A stretch of 48,441 nucleotides of DNA from Nemertoderma westbladi (GCA_032718475.1 JAUCBJ010007341.1:1-48441); one strand, 5' to 3'. Numbered from the stretch's first letter, positions 21,882 to 35,450 are shown. The notes: a model not told the origin generated them from the sequence alone. Made by a program: numbers and translations.

Positions 21882-22528
21882 GTAAGTTGATTCTTACTTT
21901 TTACTAACTTGTATTTCTGGGTTTTTAGAGTGCAATTTACCGAAGCTGGAACAATCTTACTTGGTTGCTTTGACAACAGCCACAGTGGCTGTTAGGCCTC
22001 AAACTCCTCAAAACACCTATATTTATAGCTCATCTACGCTACTATCACGTCAATATATATTAATTCCGCAATGCCAATATTAATTATTCAGTATATTTAT
22101 TCATATACTATTTATAATTATAAATTAATTGATTACAACTGCGACAGTCTTATGTAATTTTACTTGATACGTTGCTCAAACTGTAACAATAATTTTATCA
22201 TTAATTTTTACTAGTAATCAACTACTGTATAATACATATTATATTGTTCTAATTGCCGCATTTCGAATTTTTTTATTACATTACTATATTAGTTATCAGA
22301 GTGGAAGGGTTTAATGTGGAAGATCACCCATATGGTAGTGAACGGGCATTCCTTGGCCTAACGCGCAGGTCGAAATTAAAATCCCAATTGAATTATTATA
22401 AAAGGTACTGAAAGTATTAACTATTAATTAAATTTAGTTCCATTAAATTTAAACAATGTTCGAAATTGTATACAAATGTTAAACTAATAAATTATGTTTC
22501 AGTAACCAGTTTCGTAATGCTTATTTAG

Positions 22529-22661
22529 GGTTCTATAGAATCAACTATGACATTTACAACTGGAACCTTATTGGATCTTATTTGCTTACCAACGGTGCCA
22601 GTGGGGACATCAATGAAGCTGAGAGGCTCGGATTAATCGACGATGCCTTTTGGCTATCAAG
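22529..22661 (+). CDS. M1 aminopeptidase exon, start of ERAP1-like C-terminal domain
   Basis: GFYRINYDIYNW..ERLGLIDDAF; tttag|gg..ag|gtatgt. Confidence 0.92.
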
Positions 22662-22771
22662 GTATGTCATCTCATTTGTATAATAATACTGTATAAATAA
22701 AGCCTTTATAACTTACCAATCCCATTTTGAAATCATATGAAATTTAACCGAAATTTTAAATTTTATTACAG

Positions 22772-22962
22772 AATTGGTGAGCTCCCTGCTAAGGTGGCCT
22801 TCAGCCAAATAAAATATTTAGGGAAAGAAAATTCCACTGATGTTTTAAAATTGTTTGACAAACATTTGGAGGTGATTGTAAGATGGTTTCGCGACTCTCC
22901 GCTATCAGATAAACTGCATAGCTATCTATCCCAAGAAATGCACAATTTTTACAACGGACTAG
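22772..22962 (+). CDS. M1 aminopeptidase exon
   Basis: tacag|a..ctag|gtaagt; IGELPAKVAFSQIKYLGKE; phases consistent with neighbours. Confidence 0.85.
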
Positions 22963-23185
22963 GTAAGTATTCTTAAAAGCTCATGGTGGCTAATGGTTCC
23001 ATGCTACCGGTTTCTCTACTGCTGTTCTCTCAGGCTATCAGTACCGGTAATAGTATAATAGAGCACTATTTTGCAGTATTATTGCTGTATTGTATGTACA
23101 GATGTAGGTATAAAGCAGGTATTTTAGTACCGGTTCCGGCACCGGTACTGCTGTAGGCCTACTGTGTAGCCTACGGGCTGACCGG

Positions 23186-23860
23186 TTGTTGTTTTGGTTA
23201 GAAAATCCCGCCTCTGTAACCTGCTCCTTTCCCTGATTTGGTAAAGTGACCGTTTATTGTTTTGTTAGAAAGGCCCGCCTCTGTAACCTGCTCCTTTCCT
23301 TCATTTTGTAAAATTGACTGTTTATTGTTTCGGTTAGAAAATCCCGCCTCTGTAACGCCCCTTTCCCTCAATTTGTTAAATGATCGTTTATTGTTTTTGG
23401 TTCGAAAATCCCGCCTCTGTAACCTGCTCCTTTCCCTCAATTAGTTAAGTGATCGTTTATTGTTTTGGTTAGAAAATCCCGCCTCTGTAACCTGCTCCTT
23501 TCCCTCAATTAGTTAGGTGATCGTTTATTGTTTTGGTTAGGAAATCCCGCCTCTGTAACCTGCTCCTTTCTCTCAATTGGTAATGTTATCGTTTATTGTT
23601 TTGGTTAGAAAAGACCATCTATGTAACGCTCCTTTCCTTCATTTGTTAAAGTGATTGTTTATTGTTTTGGTTAGAAAATCCCGCCTCTGTAACCTGCTCC
23701 TTTCCCTGATTTGGTAAAGTGACCGTTTATTGTTTTGGTTAGAAAGGCTAGCCTCTGTAACCTGCTCCTTTCCTTCATTTGGTAAAGTGACTTTATTGTT
23801 TTGGTTAGAAAATCCGGCCTTAACCTGCTCCTTTCCATCAATTGGTAATTGTTTTTGGCT
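23186..23860. repeat. Approximately 61-62-bp minisatellite, about 11 diverged copies
   Basis: Unit TTATTGTTTTGGTTAGAAAATCCCGCCTCTGTAACCTGCTCCTTTCCC.. Confidence 0.92.
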
Positions 23861-24721
23861 ATAAAATGAGTGTTTTGCTACGTCATGTGGTAATCGATTA
23901 TCGACAACAACCACAAACTATAATATTTACAGTCTTTTACCACAGGCGCATATGGAAATCTAGCTCATAGTCTATAAATCATGGAATTTTGAATGTTTTG
24001 GCACAGGCATAGTGAAACCAACTGTCCGATAGACCAGAAATCAACAAATTTTGAATGTTTTGGCATAGGCATGTTGAAATCAACTGTCTGACAGTCCAGA
24101 AATCAGCAGTCTGACAGTTTGAAGAAATACATACATAATACATACATGTTGCGAACTACGCGTAGCTACGCGTAGCTACGCGTAGGTCGAAAAGATTTAC
24201 CCTAAAAAGTCATTAAAAGGACAACAAAAGTCATTAAAGGGACAACAAAAGTCATTATGCACAATTCGTAAAAAAAGGAGGACAAAAAAGTCGAATAAAA
24301 GGACATAAAAAAATCACTGCCTTTTATATCCCGCTTTATATCCCGCTTTGGTGATATGGTCATAAGGGATTTAAAGCCATTTTATTTTAATGCAATAATA
24401 GGTAATTTTATTCATAAAAATGATATATTGCCTGTGCCTCTGTTAACAAATGTTTTTAGAATGCAAATAATAAATATTATATTGTGTAAAATTAACAGAT
24501 TAGCCCAGAGAACTTTAGTTCAAAAGAATCGCGGGTAGTACATACATGACACTAAGTACCGATCCACTTTCCTCTAAAACCCCAGTATGTATGTTTGTTC
24601 GCCTCCCTATAATTGGTTACAACTGATACTCCCACCATTCAGATTTTGTATATATCACCATAAATATGTTTGTATGCACCAGCTACTAATATTAATAGTC
24701 ATAACTAATATTGTTATTTAG

Positions 24722-25602
24722 GTGCCGAAGTTCCATCCGACCCAAAGCTTTTGTTTCAAAGTTCCTGGTGGGGATCAGCCTCTACACGTCAACAGGTGCT
24801 GGCCCGGCTAATCCTGGATTTTGGGAAGAAATACAAGTTGTGGTTTCTTTTGGAAGCTGCAAAGAATCTATTTACGGATGACCATGGTGAGTCTCCTGAT
24901 GCCAATGTGGAGGAGTTTGTATGTTGTGCTATCTCTGATGGGATTATAGCTTGGGATGTGTGGGACCAGTACTACCCAAAGATGAAGGAGTCATTTCCAC
25001 GACAACGTAATGAACTGATCCGCGGTCTCGCGTGCAGCCCGAACTCGGACCATCTACTCATGTTGGCCACCTACACTAACGACGAACTACTCAAGGCCAA
25101 TATCACCAAAAACGATACCAAAAAGGCGATAGCTGTCGAACACTTGGATGCCCTCACTGTTATGGTGAACAGCAAAACTGGGCAAGATTTTATATTTCCT
25201 TTTCTAAGTTTGGAGTGGAATACTATAATTGATTGGGTGGGACCCCGTTACTATAAGAGGGTAAACGATATATTGATTAAGGCGGCGTCTAGTATGGCTT
25301 CCAATGCATCCCTCGACTATCTGCAGAGTTTTAGAATAGTAGTCACTAATCGTACCATCAACTACACGTTGGCTCTGCGCGAAGAGCACCTGCGTTGGTA
25401 TGACGAGGACCTGAGGAAGCCCTTTTACGAAATGTTAGCCGATTTGGATCGCGTGGAGACGGAATTCATTCGGCCGGGAATCGATTGGATGAGATGGAAT
25501 CGAGACGATCTCGAGAGCTGGTTGGAAACAGAGGTGACGTCACAACGTTCTTCCAGGGATGGAGAGCGGAAAACTCGAGGAGTTAATAAAGGGAATGGGT
25601 AA
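24722..25602 (+). CDS. M1 aminopeptidase terminal exon (ERAP1-like C-terminal domain)
   Basis: tttag|gt phase 1; open to TAA at 25602; LIRGLACS and IDWMRWNRDDLESWL resemble M1 C-termini. Confidence 0.88.
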
Positions 25603-27022
25603 ACTCAATTAAGTTTTATAGGACTGATTGATCGCTTATTATTTTTTACTCCATTTTCCACTTCCTTTTCATGTCCTTTAAAGTCCCGGGTTGCTTTGTA
25701 ATCAGCTTCATTAATTGTCTTTAATTGTAAATTCCCATCCTCATCGTGTCTTACTACTGCTATTGCATTTATTATTGTTTACCAACCACCATCAACTGAT
25801 GAAGTAGCAGTATAGTCAACTATTTCCTTGTGATGGAGTAATATAAACTAAAAAATATTATATGTTCATCAAACTCATTTTCCGCTCATAAATTTTACGC
25901 ACTCGATCCACCAGACACGTCTATCATTATTACCCCTGATAGGCTGTCAGATATATGTCGTTTTTCACTGAAACTTGCATAGTATTATTATATAGTAAAT
26001 GTTTTGGGTGATTTTGGTAGAAAATTTTATTGCAATCAAAATAATCCGACCCTTGTCCAGTTTGCATCATTGATGATTTTGTGTAATTTGTACCGAGGTT
26101 GTCCCCATTGGAATAATTGTGAATAAACACGTTCTACACCCACCCGAATGACGATCTAACATCATATTTGTTTTGCTTATAAAGTAAATGACCCGGTCTA
26201 GAATAATGCCAGAGTATTGATGACAACAATATTACCTACACAAATCAGTTAAGGCCTAGTCCTACTATAATCTTCCATTTAAGGGCGAGTAAAAAAGATT
26301 AAGAAATGGCAGAGGAGTAGTGTTTAGTTTGTTTGAAAAATTGTCATTCCGAGATAATTGCCTTGAAAGTTCAAACCTTCCCGCGTAAAACGCGCTCGGC
26401 TTTCTGGTTGTAGGAAGGAAGCATATTCACCTTTATTATGGGGGTTTTCGAGATCGGGGAATTCAATTCCGATGTTAGTAATAATATTTCGTTGAATCTA
26501 GTCTATCTGTCTGCAGAAATGGAGACAGAAATATCTCGAGAACTAAGAGATCTCGCCAAGCCGTTTTCACACGAAATCATCATTTAACTTTTATAATTGC
26601 TTTAGATGAAATAAAGAAACATAACATGTACAATTTTGACCCGAGGGGGTTACCCCACCCCAATATAAGCGAACTTATATAAAACATAATTTATGTCATT
26701 TTTACATTTATTTATACAGCAACTAATATAATTTGTGCGGTTTCTATCACTTATAATATATATACAATCATTTTGTAATGTTACAATTTTGGAATAAAAC
26801 TACATACAAACTTGTTGCAAAGTACTTTACAGTTTGCTGATCCACGTGGCTTTATTTTCACTCACTCACTAACGTTCGTTCGTGTAACAAAGCCACTTGG
26901 ATCAGCAAACTTCAAAGAGCAACAGTACTTTACACACAAGTATGTAAATAGTTGTCGTTGAAACCATTAATTACCAAAGAAAGTCGTTTAAGTATAACGT
27001 TATAGTCTAGAAACTAGAAACT

Positions 27023-27298
27023 TCATTGAGAATCCACAGGTATCGCCATATTCCAACTACCGAAAAGAGGATGATCTCGTCTTTTTATTCCCATCATATC
27101 CTCGGCTTTGCTTTTTCTCTTGTTTTCTAACATCTGCTCTAAGAACCTTTTTGACAGATTAGCGGTCCTTCGCTTCATAGCCGCATCCATGAAACCTTTG
27201 AACAGTGATCTGCTTTCTGTCTCTGGTACCAACGCAACAATAAGCAACATAAGAGCGAGACTATGAACTGCCGTTGTTTTTAGATCCATTACAACCAT
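27023..27298 (-). CDS. Putative secreted prepropeptide (neuropeptide/peptide-hormone-like precursor), 91 aa
   Basis: Hydrophobic signal-like N-terminus (LALMLLIVALV..TES-R), then KRR, KR, KRK, KRR sites; candidate 5'UTR acceptor near 27369 and AATAAA (- strand) near 26710. Confidence 0.7.
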   Translation of the reverse strand: MVVMDLKTTAVHSLALMLLIVALVPETESRSLFKGFMDAAMKRRTANLSKRFLEQMLENKRKSKAEDMMGIKRRDHPLFGSWNMAIPVDSQ

Positions 27299-28564
27299 AA
27301 ACGATACTTTATGTTCCTTCTTAATGTGTATTACTGTAGGTTCTCGTAATGATTATATATAATTTAGCCTAAAGTATTGAATTAGTTATGTGATTAGAAA
27401 TTCTAATATTTTTATTCTTAAATAGTTACGTTTTCGCTTTGCGTTACTTTTTTTTATATTACCGCAATATCGGGCGAAAAATTTTCATTTCTTTCCCCAG
27501 GGAAAAAACACTGCATTGATTTTACTCTTTTTCCCGGCGAAAAAGTAAAAAAATATTTTATTGTGGAATTTCTTAAATTGTACCCGTATTACTTGTGTTG
27601 AAAGAGAATCGACGTAGAAAAGGTTTGCAAGTAGTCCAAATTTGAGTTAAATCCATGCATAAAAAGCATGCATCCATAAAGTTATTTGCATATTTTTTTA
27701 AAACCACAGTCAGATGACAAATAACAGTGATGAAATACAAATAAAAGAGACAAACAGATGATGAAATGAATCATGTAAATGTTGTATAAGTTATAGCACA
27801 GTATGCTGATAGATTAGATACACAGCAATGTGTAGAACTAAACCAAGTTAATCAATAAATTATTCCTACATAAGTATATCATCACCAACAACTATGATGC
27901 TTATTAGATTGTTAAGTATAGAGTTGTATTCAGTGTAGAACTGCATTGCGGTATAGCTACACATTGCTGGGCTGGTGCTACAGTGCGTTCATATACATAT
28001 GAATAATATATTGAAGGGTAGAATTGTTGCATAAATTCTAGAATTAATGAAATGTTGGGTCGATACTATTGAATTAGGGGTAACAAGGTCGCGAGAATCT
28101 TGTGCGACTTTTATTGGCTCAACTGTAAGCCCCTGCGATTAATTAAATTCACGAAGGGGAAAAATGATAGAAAATGTTTATTTTAATAATTTAATGGCTC
28201 GGAAATCACGATCCATAGAATGGAAGGTTAAATTATTAACGGGGACCGACTTGTCATACCTGCAATAGTCGATATCACAGCCGATTTTTGAAATAGGCTT
28301 CGCGCGCTTTTAATCCTACAATTTCGGCCGCTCCTGCGGTGTTTTAACAAAAAACAAACCCCGCCACTCGAATAAGAGGAACCTTTACTGCAAGGTGTTT
28401 ATTGTGTACCAGCATAATAATTTTCGATCATCGATTTAATGTACAATTGCACGCAAAATGAATTACAACAGTGTGTTATTTAAATATTATAGACATAATG
28501 TCCTGGAATAATAACGGCTAGTGGAGTAGAGAGGTGCGGCTATCTCCAGAAAATCCTTCCCTTT

Positions 28565-29050
28565 CTACTTATTACTGAATATATGAGAGTCAAGACCCGG
28601 TCGTGGTTTAGATGGCGGGGGTAACCGACGGACCATGTGTCTAGCGTAGTCACTGTTTACCACTCCGGCCTCACGCAGCGCCATCTCTAGTCGCAATCGT
28701 GGGTCTTCCATTAACTTATCATTACTGTAACCTGGTACGTGTCCATATTGTGTTTGTTCAAGGGCCTCTTCGACAATATGCCCTTTGCTTGCTTTAGTGT
28801 GACCAATAGCCCGAAGTGGGTCCTTTTCTACCTCAATCTCATTGGCTACTTGCATTCTCAATTTATCTAATCGTTTCTCTCTGTGCAATTCTGCAGTTTC
28901 CAATAGCCGTTGTTTCTGATTGGCCGCTTCCATCCTGGCTCTCAGTTCAGCCCTCCGATAGGCCACCCGTTCCCGATTCCTTTCTGCTGAATGTTTCAAT
29001 TCGATCTCTAAGTTCAGCAACTCGTCTTTTCGTATCTTTTCTTCATGAAA
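28565..29050 (-). CDS. CCDC148: CCDC148-like coiled-coil protein, terminal exon
   Basis: cag|ttt acceptor at 29051; DPRLRLEMALREAG..YAR..PP..PR..S.IF matches my recollection of the CCDC148 C-terminus. Confidence 0.85.
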   Translation of the reverse strand, partial: FHEEKIRKDELLNLEIELKHSAERNRERVAYRRAELRARMEAANQKQRLLETAELHREKRLDKLRMQVANEIEVEKDPLRAIGHTKASKGHIVEEALEQTQYGHVPGYSNDKLMEDPRLRLEMALREAGVVNSDYARHMVRRLPPPSKPRPGLDSHIFSNK

Positions 29051-29390
29051 CTGTCAATAAAATAAAATTGTTTAAGGATCCAAACGGATGCTACAAGTAA
29101 GTGATCGTATAACCCAGATTGACGAGAAATCTAATACAACTAATCGTATGAACTATGTTTAATAATCCACGGGAAATACAACCCAGTTAATTTAAGAAAC
29201 AGAGACTATGAAATGAAAGGATAACGCGGACAACCTTAAAGACCTTTAAGTATATTTAGAAAACGGTAAAATGTGGTACTTTTCACACAATCGATATAAA
29301 ATAGTTAAAATATTGTTCACATGGAAATGGGAGTTGCGAAACTATAAATTTGAACTTCCAGATGACGTTTGTTAAACACTTTTGTGCGAC

Positions 29391-29513
29391 AAAAATATTA
29401 TACTAATTATTATAATTAGAGTGATATTAAATATGATATCATTGATATATAATATATATCAATGATATCATATTTAATATCACTCTAATTATAATAATTA
29501 GTATAATATTTTT
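29391..29513. repeat. AT-rich palindrome, 61-bp arms, 1-nt spacer
   Basis: AAAAATATTATACTAATT..GATATATA-A-TATATATC..AATTAGTATAATATTTTT. Confidence 0.92.
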
Positions 29514-29679
29514 ATATTAGTATAATATTACTTACATTATATTAATTAGTTATTAGTTATGATATAATTAATAGAGGGATGTTCTCATATTGTACATTAC
29601 ACAACAGTAACCTCGACAATGCTATCCAATGATTGTCGTTTCGTGAGTGGTTTTTGTGTCGACTGTAACTCATACAAAC

Positions 29680-30405
29680 CTCTTTGAGCTGTTTACTGAT
29701 TTGGAATTCGGATATCTTGACTTTATTTTTGGCCCGTCTGTTTCTTTCTCTCTCGGTTGCTTCCTCGGCCTCTTTAGCCAACAGCGCCCGTTCCAGACCC
29801 AGTAACTCCTCCTCCAGTACCCATTGTCTCGTCTTTATCTCCCGCCATCGCTCCAACCTTCGATGTAACTCATCCGCATCCTCTAACTGCGCTTCCCGAA
29901 GACAGCTTTGTTTTTCCCGCAGCTTAGCAACCGCCACTGACTCCCCGAACAGACACCTCGCCTGCTCCAGCAGTTCCAACCGATCCCGATCCCATTGATT
30001 CTCAAGACTTTTTATTTTTAACCTAAGAAATCTATCCCCCTCGCAGTGGGCGAGTTGTTCCTCGAGGAGTCCTCGGGACCAGTCCGGGAACTGTCGGTGC
30101 AATCTGTCCACCAGCAGACGGTGTCGGTTCACCGTCTCCCCAACCGGGTACTGCTCCAACACCATCCCCACTAACATTCTCGTCTCTGACTCCATTATGG
30201 ATGACAGCTCGCCACGTTCTCTCTCCAGGTCTCTCAATCTCGTCTCGTAACTTTCGTCCACCGCCAGGAGTTCGAGTATCATGTAAATACGCAGCGATGT
30301 GTCCGGACATTCCCACTCAAATAGTTTGCGCGGAAACTTACGCCCCCTGGTGGAACTTGATGGCACTGCGGATGTTTCATCGGTATTCATATCGGAACTA
30401 CTCAT
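29680..30405 (-). CDS. CCDC148: CCDC148-like exon (242 codons)
   Basis: tacag|atg..gag|gtttgt, phase 0-0; ECPD..L, coiled-coil sequence. Confidence 0.85.
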
Positions 30406-30431
30406 CTGTAATTAACCAGAATAGATTCAAA

Positions 30432-33400
30432 CTATTTATTAACGCTGTTACTATTAATTAACGCTGTTACTATTTATTAACGCTGTTACTATTTATTAAC
30501 GCTGTTACTATTTATTAACGCTGTTACTATTTATTAACGCTGTTACTATTTATTAACGCTGTTACTATTTATTAACGCTGTTACTATTTATTAACGCTGT
30601 TACTATTTATTAACGCTGTTACTATTTATTAACGCTGTTACTATTTATTAACGCTGTTACTATTTATTAACGCTATTACTATTTATTAACGCTGTTACTA
30701 TTTATTAACGCTGTTACTATTTATTAACGCTGTTACTATTTATTAACGCTGTTACTATTTATTAACACTGTTACTATTTATTAACGCTGTACTATTTATT
30801 AACACTGTTACTATTTATTAACGCTGTTACTATTTATTAACGCTGTTACTATTTATTAACGCTGTTACTATTTATTAACGCTGTTACTATTTATTAACGC
30901 TGTTACTATTTAATAACGCTGTTACTATTTATTAACACTGTTACTATTTATTAACACTGTTACTATTTATTAACGCTGTTACTATTTATTAACGCTGTTA
31001 CTATTTATTAACGCTGTTACTATTTATTAACGCTGTTACTATTTATTAACACTGTTACTATTTATTAACACTGTTACTATTTATTAACGCTGTTACTATT
31101 TATTAACGCTGTTACTATTTATTAACGCTGTTACTATTTATTAACGCTGTTACTATTTATTAACGCTGTTACTATTTATTAACGCTGTTACTATTTATTA
31201 ACACTGTTACTATTTATTAACGCTGTTACTATTTATTAACGCTGTTACTATTTATTAACGCTGTTACTATTTATTAACGCTGTTACTATTTATTAACGCT
31301 GTTACTATTTATTAACGCTGTTACTATTTATTAACGCTGTTACTATTTATTAACGCTGTTACTATTTATTAACACTGTTACTATTTATTATCGCTGTTAC
31401 TATTTATTAACGCTGTTACTATTTATTAACGCTGTTACTATTTATTAACGCTGTTACTATTTATTAACGCTGTTACTATTTATTAACACTGTTACTATTT
31501 ATTAACGCTGTTACTATTTATTAACGCTGTTACTATTTATTAACGCTGTTACTATTTATTAACGCTGTTACTATTTATTAACGCTGTTACTATTTATTAA
31601 CACTGTTACTATTTATTAACGCTGTTACTATTTATTAACGCTGTTACTATTTATTAACACTGTTACTATTTATTAACGCTGTTACTATTTATTAACGCTG
31701 TTACTATTTATTAACGCTGTTACTATTTATTAACGCTGTTACTATTTATTAACGCTGTTACTATTTATTAACGCTGTTACTATTTATTAACGCTGTTACT
31801 ATTTATTAACGCTGTTACTATTTATTAACACTGTTACTATTTATTAACGCTGTTACTATTTATTAACGCTGTTACTATTTATTAACGCTGTTACTATTTA
31901 TTAACGCTGTTACTATTTATTAACGCTGTTACTATTTATTAACGCTGTTACTATTTATTAACGCTGTTACTATTTATTAACGCTGTTACTATTTATTAAC
32001 ACTGTTACTATTTATTATCGCTGTTACTATTTATTAACGCTGTTACTATTTATTAACGCTGTTACTATTTATTAACGCTGTTACTATTTATTAACGCTGT
32101 TACTATTTATTAACACTGTTACTATTTATTATCGCTGTTACTATTTATTAACGCTGTTACTATTTATTAACGCTGTTACTATTTATTAACGCTGTTACTA
32201 TTTATTAACGCTGTTACTATTTATTAACACTGTTACTATTTATTAACGCTGTTACTATTTATTAACGCTGTTACTATTTATTAACACTGTTACTATTTAT
32301 TAACGCTGTTACTATTTATTAACGCTGTTACTATTTATTAACACTGTTACTATTTATTAACGCTGTTACTATTTATTAACGCTGTTACTATTTATTAACG
32401 CTGTTACTATTTATTAACGCTGTTACTATTTATTAACGCTGTTACTATTTATTAACGCTGTTACTATTTATTAACACTGTTACTATTTATTAACGCTGTT
32501 ACTATTTATTAACGCTGTTACTATTTATTAACACTGTTACTATTTATTAACGCTGTTACTATTTATTAACGCTGTTACTATTTATTAACGTTGTTACTAT
32601 TTATTAACGCTGTTACTATTTATTAACGATGTTACTATTTATTAACACTGTTACTATTTATTAACGCTGTTACTATTTATTAACGCTGTTACTATTTATT
32701 AACGCTGTTACTATTTATTAACGCTGTTACTATTTATTAACGCTGTTACTATTTATTAACACTGTTACTATTTATTAACGCTGTACTATTTATTAACGCT
32801 GTTACTATTTATTAACGCTGTTACTATTTATTAACGCTGTTACTATTTATTAACGCTGTTACTATTTATTAACGCTGTTACTATTTATTAACGCTGTTAC
32901 TATTTATTAACGCTGTTACTATTTATTAACGCTGTTACTATTTATTAACGCTGTTACTATTTATTAACGCTGTTACTATTTATTAACACTGTTACTATTT
33001 ATTAACGCTGTTACTATTTATTAACGCTGTTACTATTTATTAACACTGTTACTATTTATTATCGCTGTTACTATTTATTAACGCTGTTACTATTTATTAA
33101 CGCTGTTACTATTTATTAAGGCTGTTACTATTTATTAACGCTGTTACTATTTATTAACACTGTTACTATTTATTAACGCTGTTACTATTTATTAACGCTG
33201 TTACTATTTATTAACGCTGTTACTATTTATTAACGCTGTTACTATTTATTAACGCTGTTACTATTTATTAACGCTGTTACTATTTATTATCGCTGTTACT
33301 ATTTATTAACGCTGTTACTATTTATTAACGCTGTTACTATTTATTAAGGCTGTTACTATTTATTAACGCTGTTACTATTTATTAACGCTGTTACTATTTA

Positions 33401-34082
33401 TTAACGCTGTTACTATTTATTAACGCTGTTACTATTTATTAACGCTGTTACTATTTATTAACGCTGTTACTATTTATTAACGCTGTTACTATTTATTAAC
33501 GCTGTTACTATTTATTAACGCTGTTACTATTTATTAACACTGTTACTATTTATTAACGCTGTTACTATTTATTAACGCTGTTACTATTTATTAACGCTGT
33601 TACTATTTATTAACGCTGTTACTATTTATTAACGCTGTTACTATTTATTAACGCTGTTACTATTTATTAACGCTGTTACTATTTATTAACGCTGTTACTA
33701 TTTATTAACACTGTTACTATTTATTAACGCTGTTACTATTTATTAACGCTGTTACTATTTATTATCGCTGTTACTATTTATTAACGCTGTTACTATTTAT
33801 TAACGCTGTTACTATTTATTAAGGCTGTTACTATTTATTAACGCTGTTACTATTTATTAACACTGTTACTATTTATTAACACTGTTACTATTTATTATCG
33901 CTGTTACTATTTATTAACGCTGTTACTATTTATTAACGCTGTTACTATTTATTAAGGCTGTTACTATTTATTAACGCTGTTACTATTTATTAACACTGTT
34001 ACTATTTATTAACGCTGTTACTATTTATTAACGCTGTTACTATTTATTAACGCTGTTACTATTTATTAACGCTGTTACTATT
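30432..34082. repeat. 19-bp minisatellite, about 190 copies
   Basis: Unit CTATTTATTAACGCTGTTA with few variants. Confidence 0.98.
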
Positions 34083-34297
34083 AATTACCCTGGATTTAAT
34101 TATGTAACAATAAAGGAGAAATAAAATAACTTTACATATTCGATATGGGAGTCAATAAAACGTGTTATTGTTTATTCCTCCGTCCGTGAGAGGATATTTA
34201 CTTAAAATATATTCTAGAACTCTATAATTTGTTTTATAGTTGAATAGCAGTGGTGAAAATTGGCACAAATCAGCATTATAATAAGAAATGAAAAAAA

Positions 34298-35013
34298 CTA
34301 GGACTTCAAGAATGCTGGTATATTATTCAATTGATAAAAAATATAATAATAATAGGGTTGGTGTGCGAAAAAATTGTTGTGCTAGAAACAATCGAATAAG
34401 GGGTAACAAGGTGCCCTGAATCGAGTGACGGGGTGTGTTTTTTGTAAAAACACGTGGAAACGGTCGAAATGGCGGGTTTAATTAAGCCCGGGAAACTAAT
34501 TTTGAAAATCGGCTGTGATTGGCTGCTACATATTTGACGTCACTAAGCAGTGCTCGGAAAATTTCTGACCAAGTTTTCAAAATTGCAAACAGTGTTTTAT
34601 AAATGTTCATGATCATGAATTTAAGTGACTGTAGTGTTAAAAGACGCGCAAGACTCTCCGCTTTCGATTGATATAAGAAAGGCACGTGTGATTTATTGAG
34701 ATTCAATGTGTATTTGAATGGATCTAAAATCGCCCTCCATAGAAAACAATATAAGAAATTATCAGAGAGAGCACTTCGTAGTGACGTCAAATATGCAGCA
34801 GCCAATCACAGCCGATTTTCTAAATTGGCTTCCCGCGCTTACTTAAACCCGCCATTTCGACCGTTTCCTCGTGTTTTTACAAAAAAAACACCCCGCCACT
34901 CGATTGAGGGCACGTTGTTAGCCCTTATTCGATTGTTTCTAGCCCAACAATTTTATCACGCACCAGCCCCATCGATACTGTATATAAAAATAATATGTTT
35001 TCTAGAAGTCCAT
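34298..35013. mobile_element. Fold-back MITE with about 200-bp inverted arms
   Basis: 34357-34556 is the inverted counterpart of 34768-34968; outer GGACTTC(T)AGAA termini; related fragment near 28075-28380. Confidence 0.8.
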
Positions 35014-35151
35014 GCAAAGAAAACCGTGATATATGAAACACTATATTTTATCAAAGATTACCATAGAGACTGTTGGTAGAACAATTAATACTGGGGTGAC
35101 AATTCTGGGTTGGACACAATGGCACTGTCTGCAAAAGGTTCAGGCCTTTAC

Positions 35152-35205
35152 ATGGACTTCTAGAATATTAATTCATACCTATAAATAATATTCTAGAAGT
35201 CCATG
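35152..35205. mobile_element. Miniature TIR-only derivative of the adjacent MITE
   Basis: CATGGACTTCTAGAATATT..AATATTCTAGAAGTCCATG. Confidence 0.6.
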
Positions 35206-35300
35206 GCCTATACTACCTTGTCATTATGCTTTAACGGAAGTATGACTACAGATGTTGAATGTTAGAATCCCCCCTCCCTCCTAGGCCTCAAATTACTTAC

Positions 35301-35450
35301 AGAGTTTTTACATTCATCGAACGTTTCATTTCCATCATCATAATTAGCTTCTTCTTCTACAAGATCTTCTAAATTATTCCCCACGACGACGACACTAAGT
35401 TCAGCTTCTATCTTCCTGATATCTCCATCAATATGTTCCTGGGCATTAGC
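35301..35450 (-). CDS. CCDC148: CCDC148-like exon (50 codons)
   Basis: ttcag|gct..tct|gtaagt, open frame ANAQEHIDGDIRKIEAELS.., phase 0-0. Confidence 0.75.

Noticed and set aside
25795-25830. Other CTGATGA words (also 21558, 42069) as hammerheads
   Set aside because: No matching stem II/GAAA/stem III partners found
30432-34082. CRISPR-like array
   Set aside because: Pure head-to-tail 19-mer without spacers
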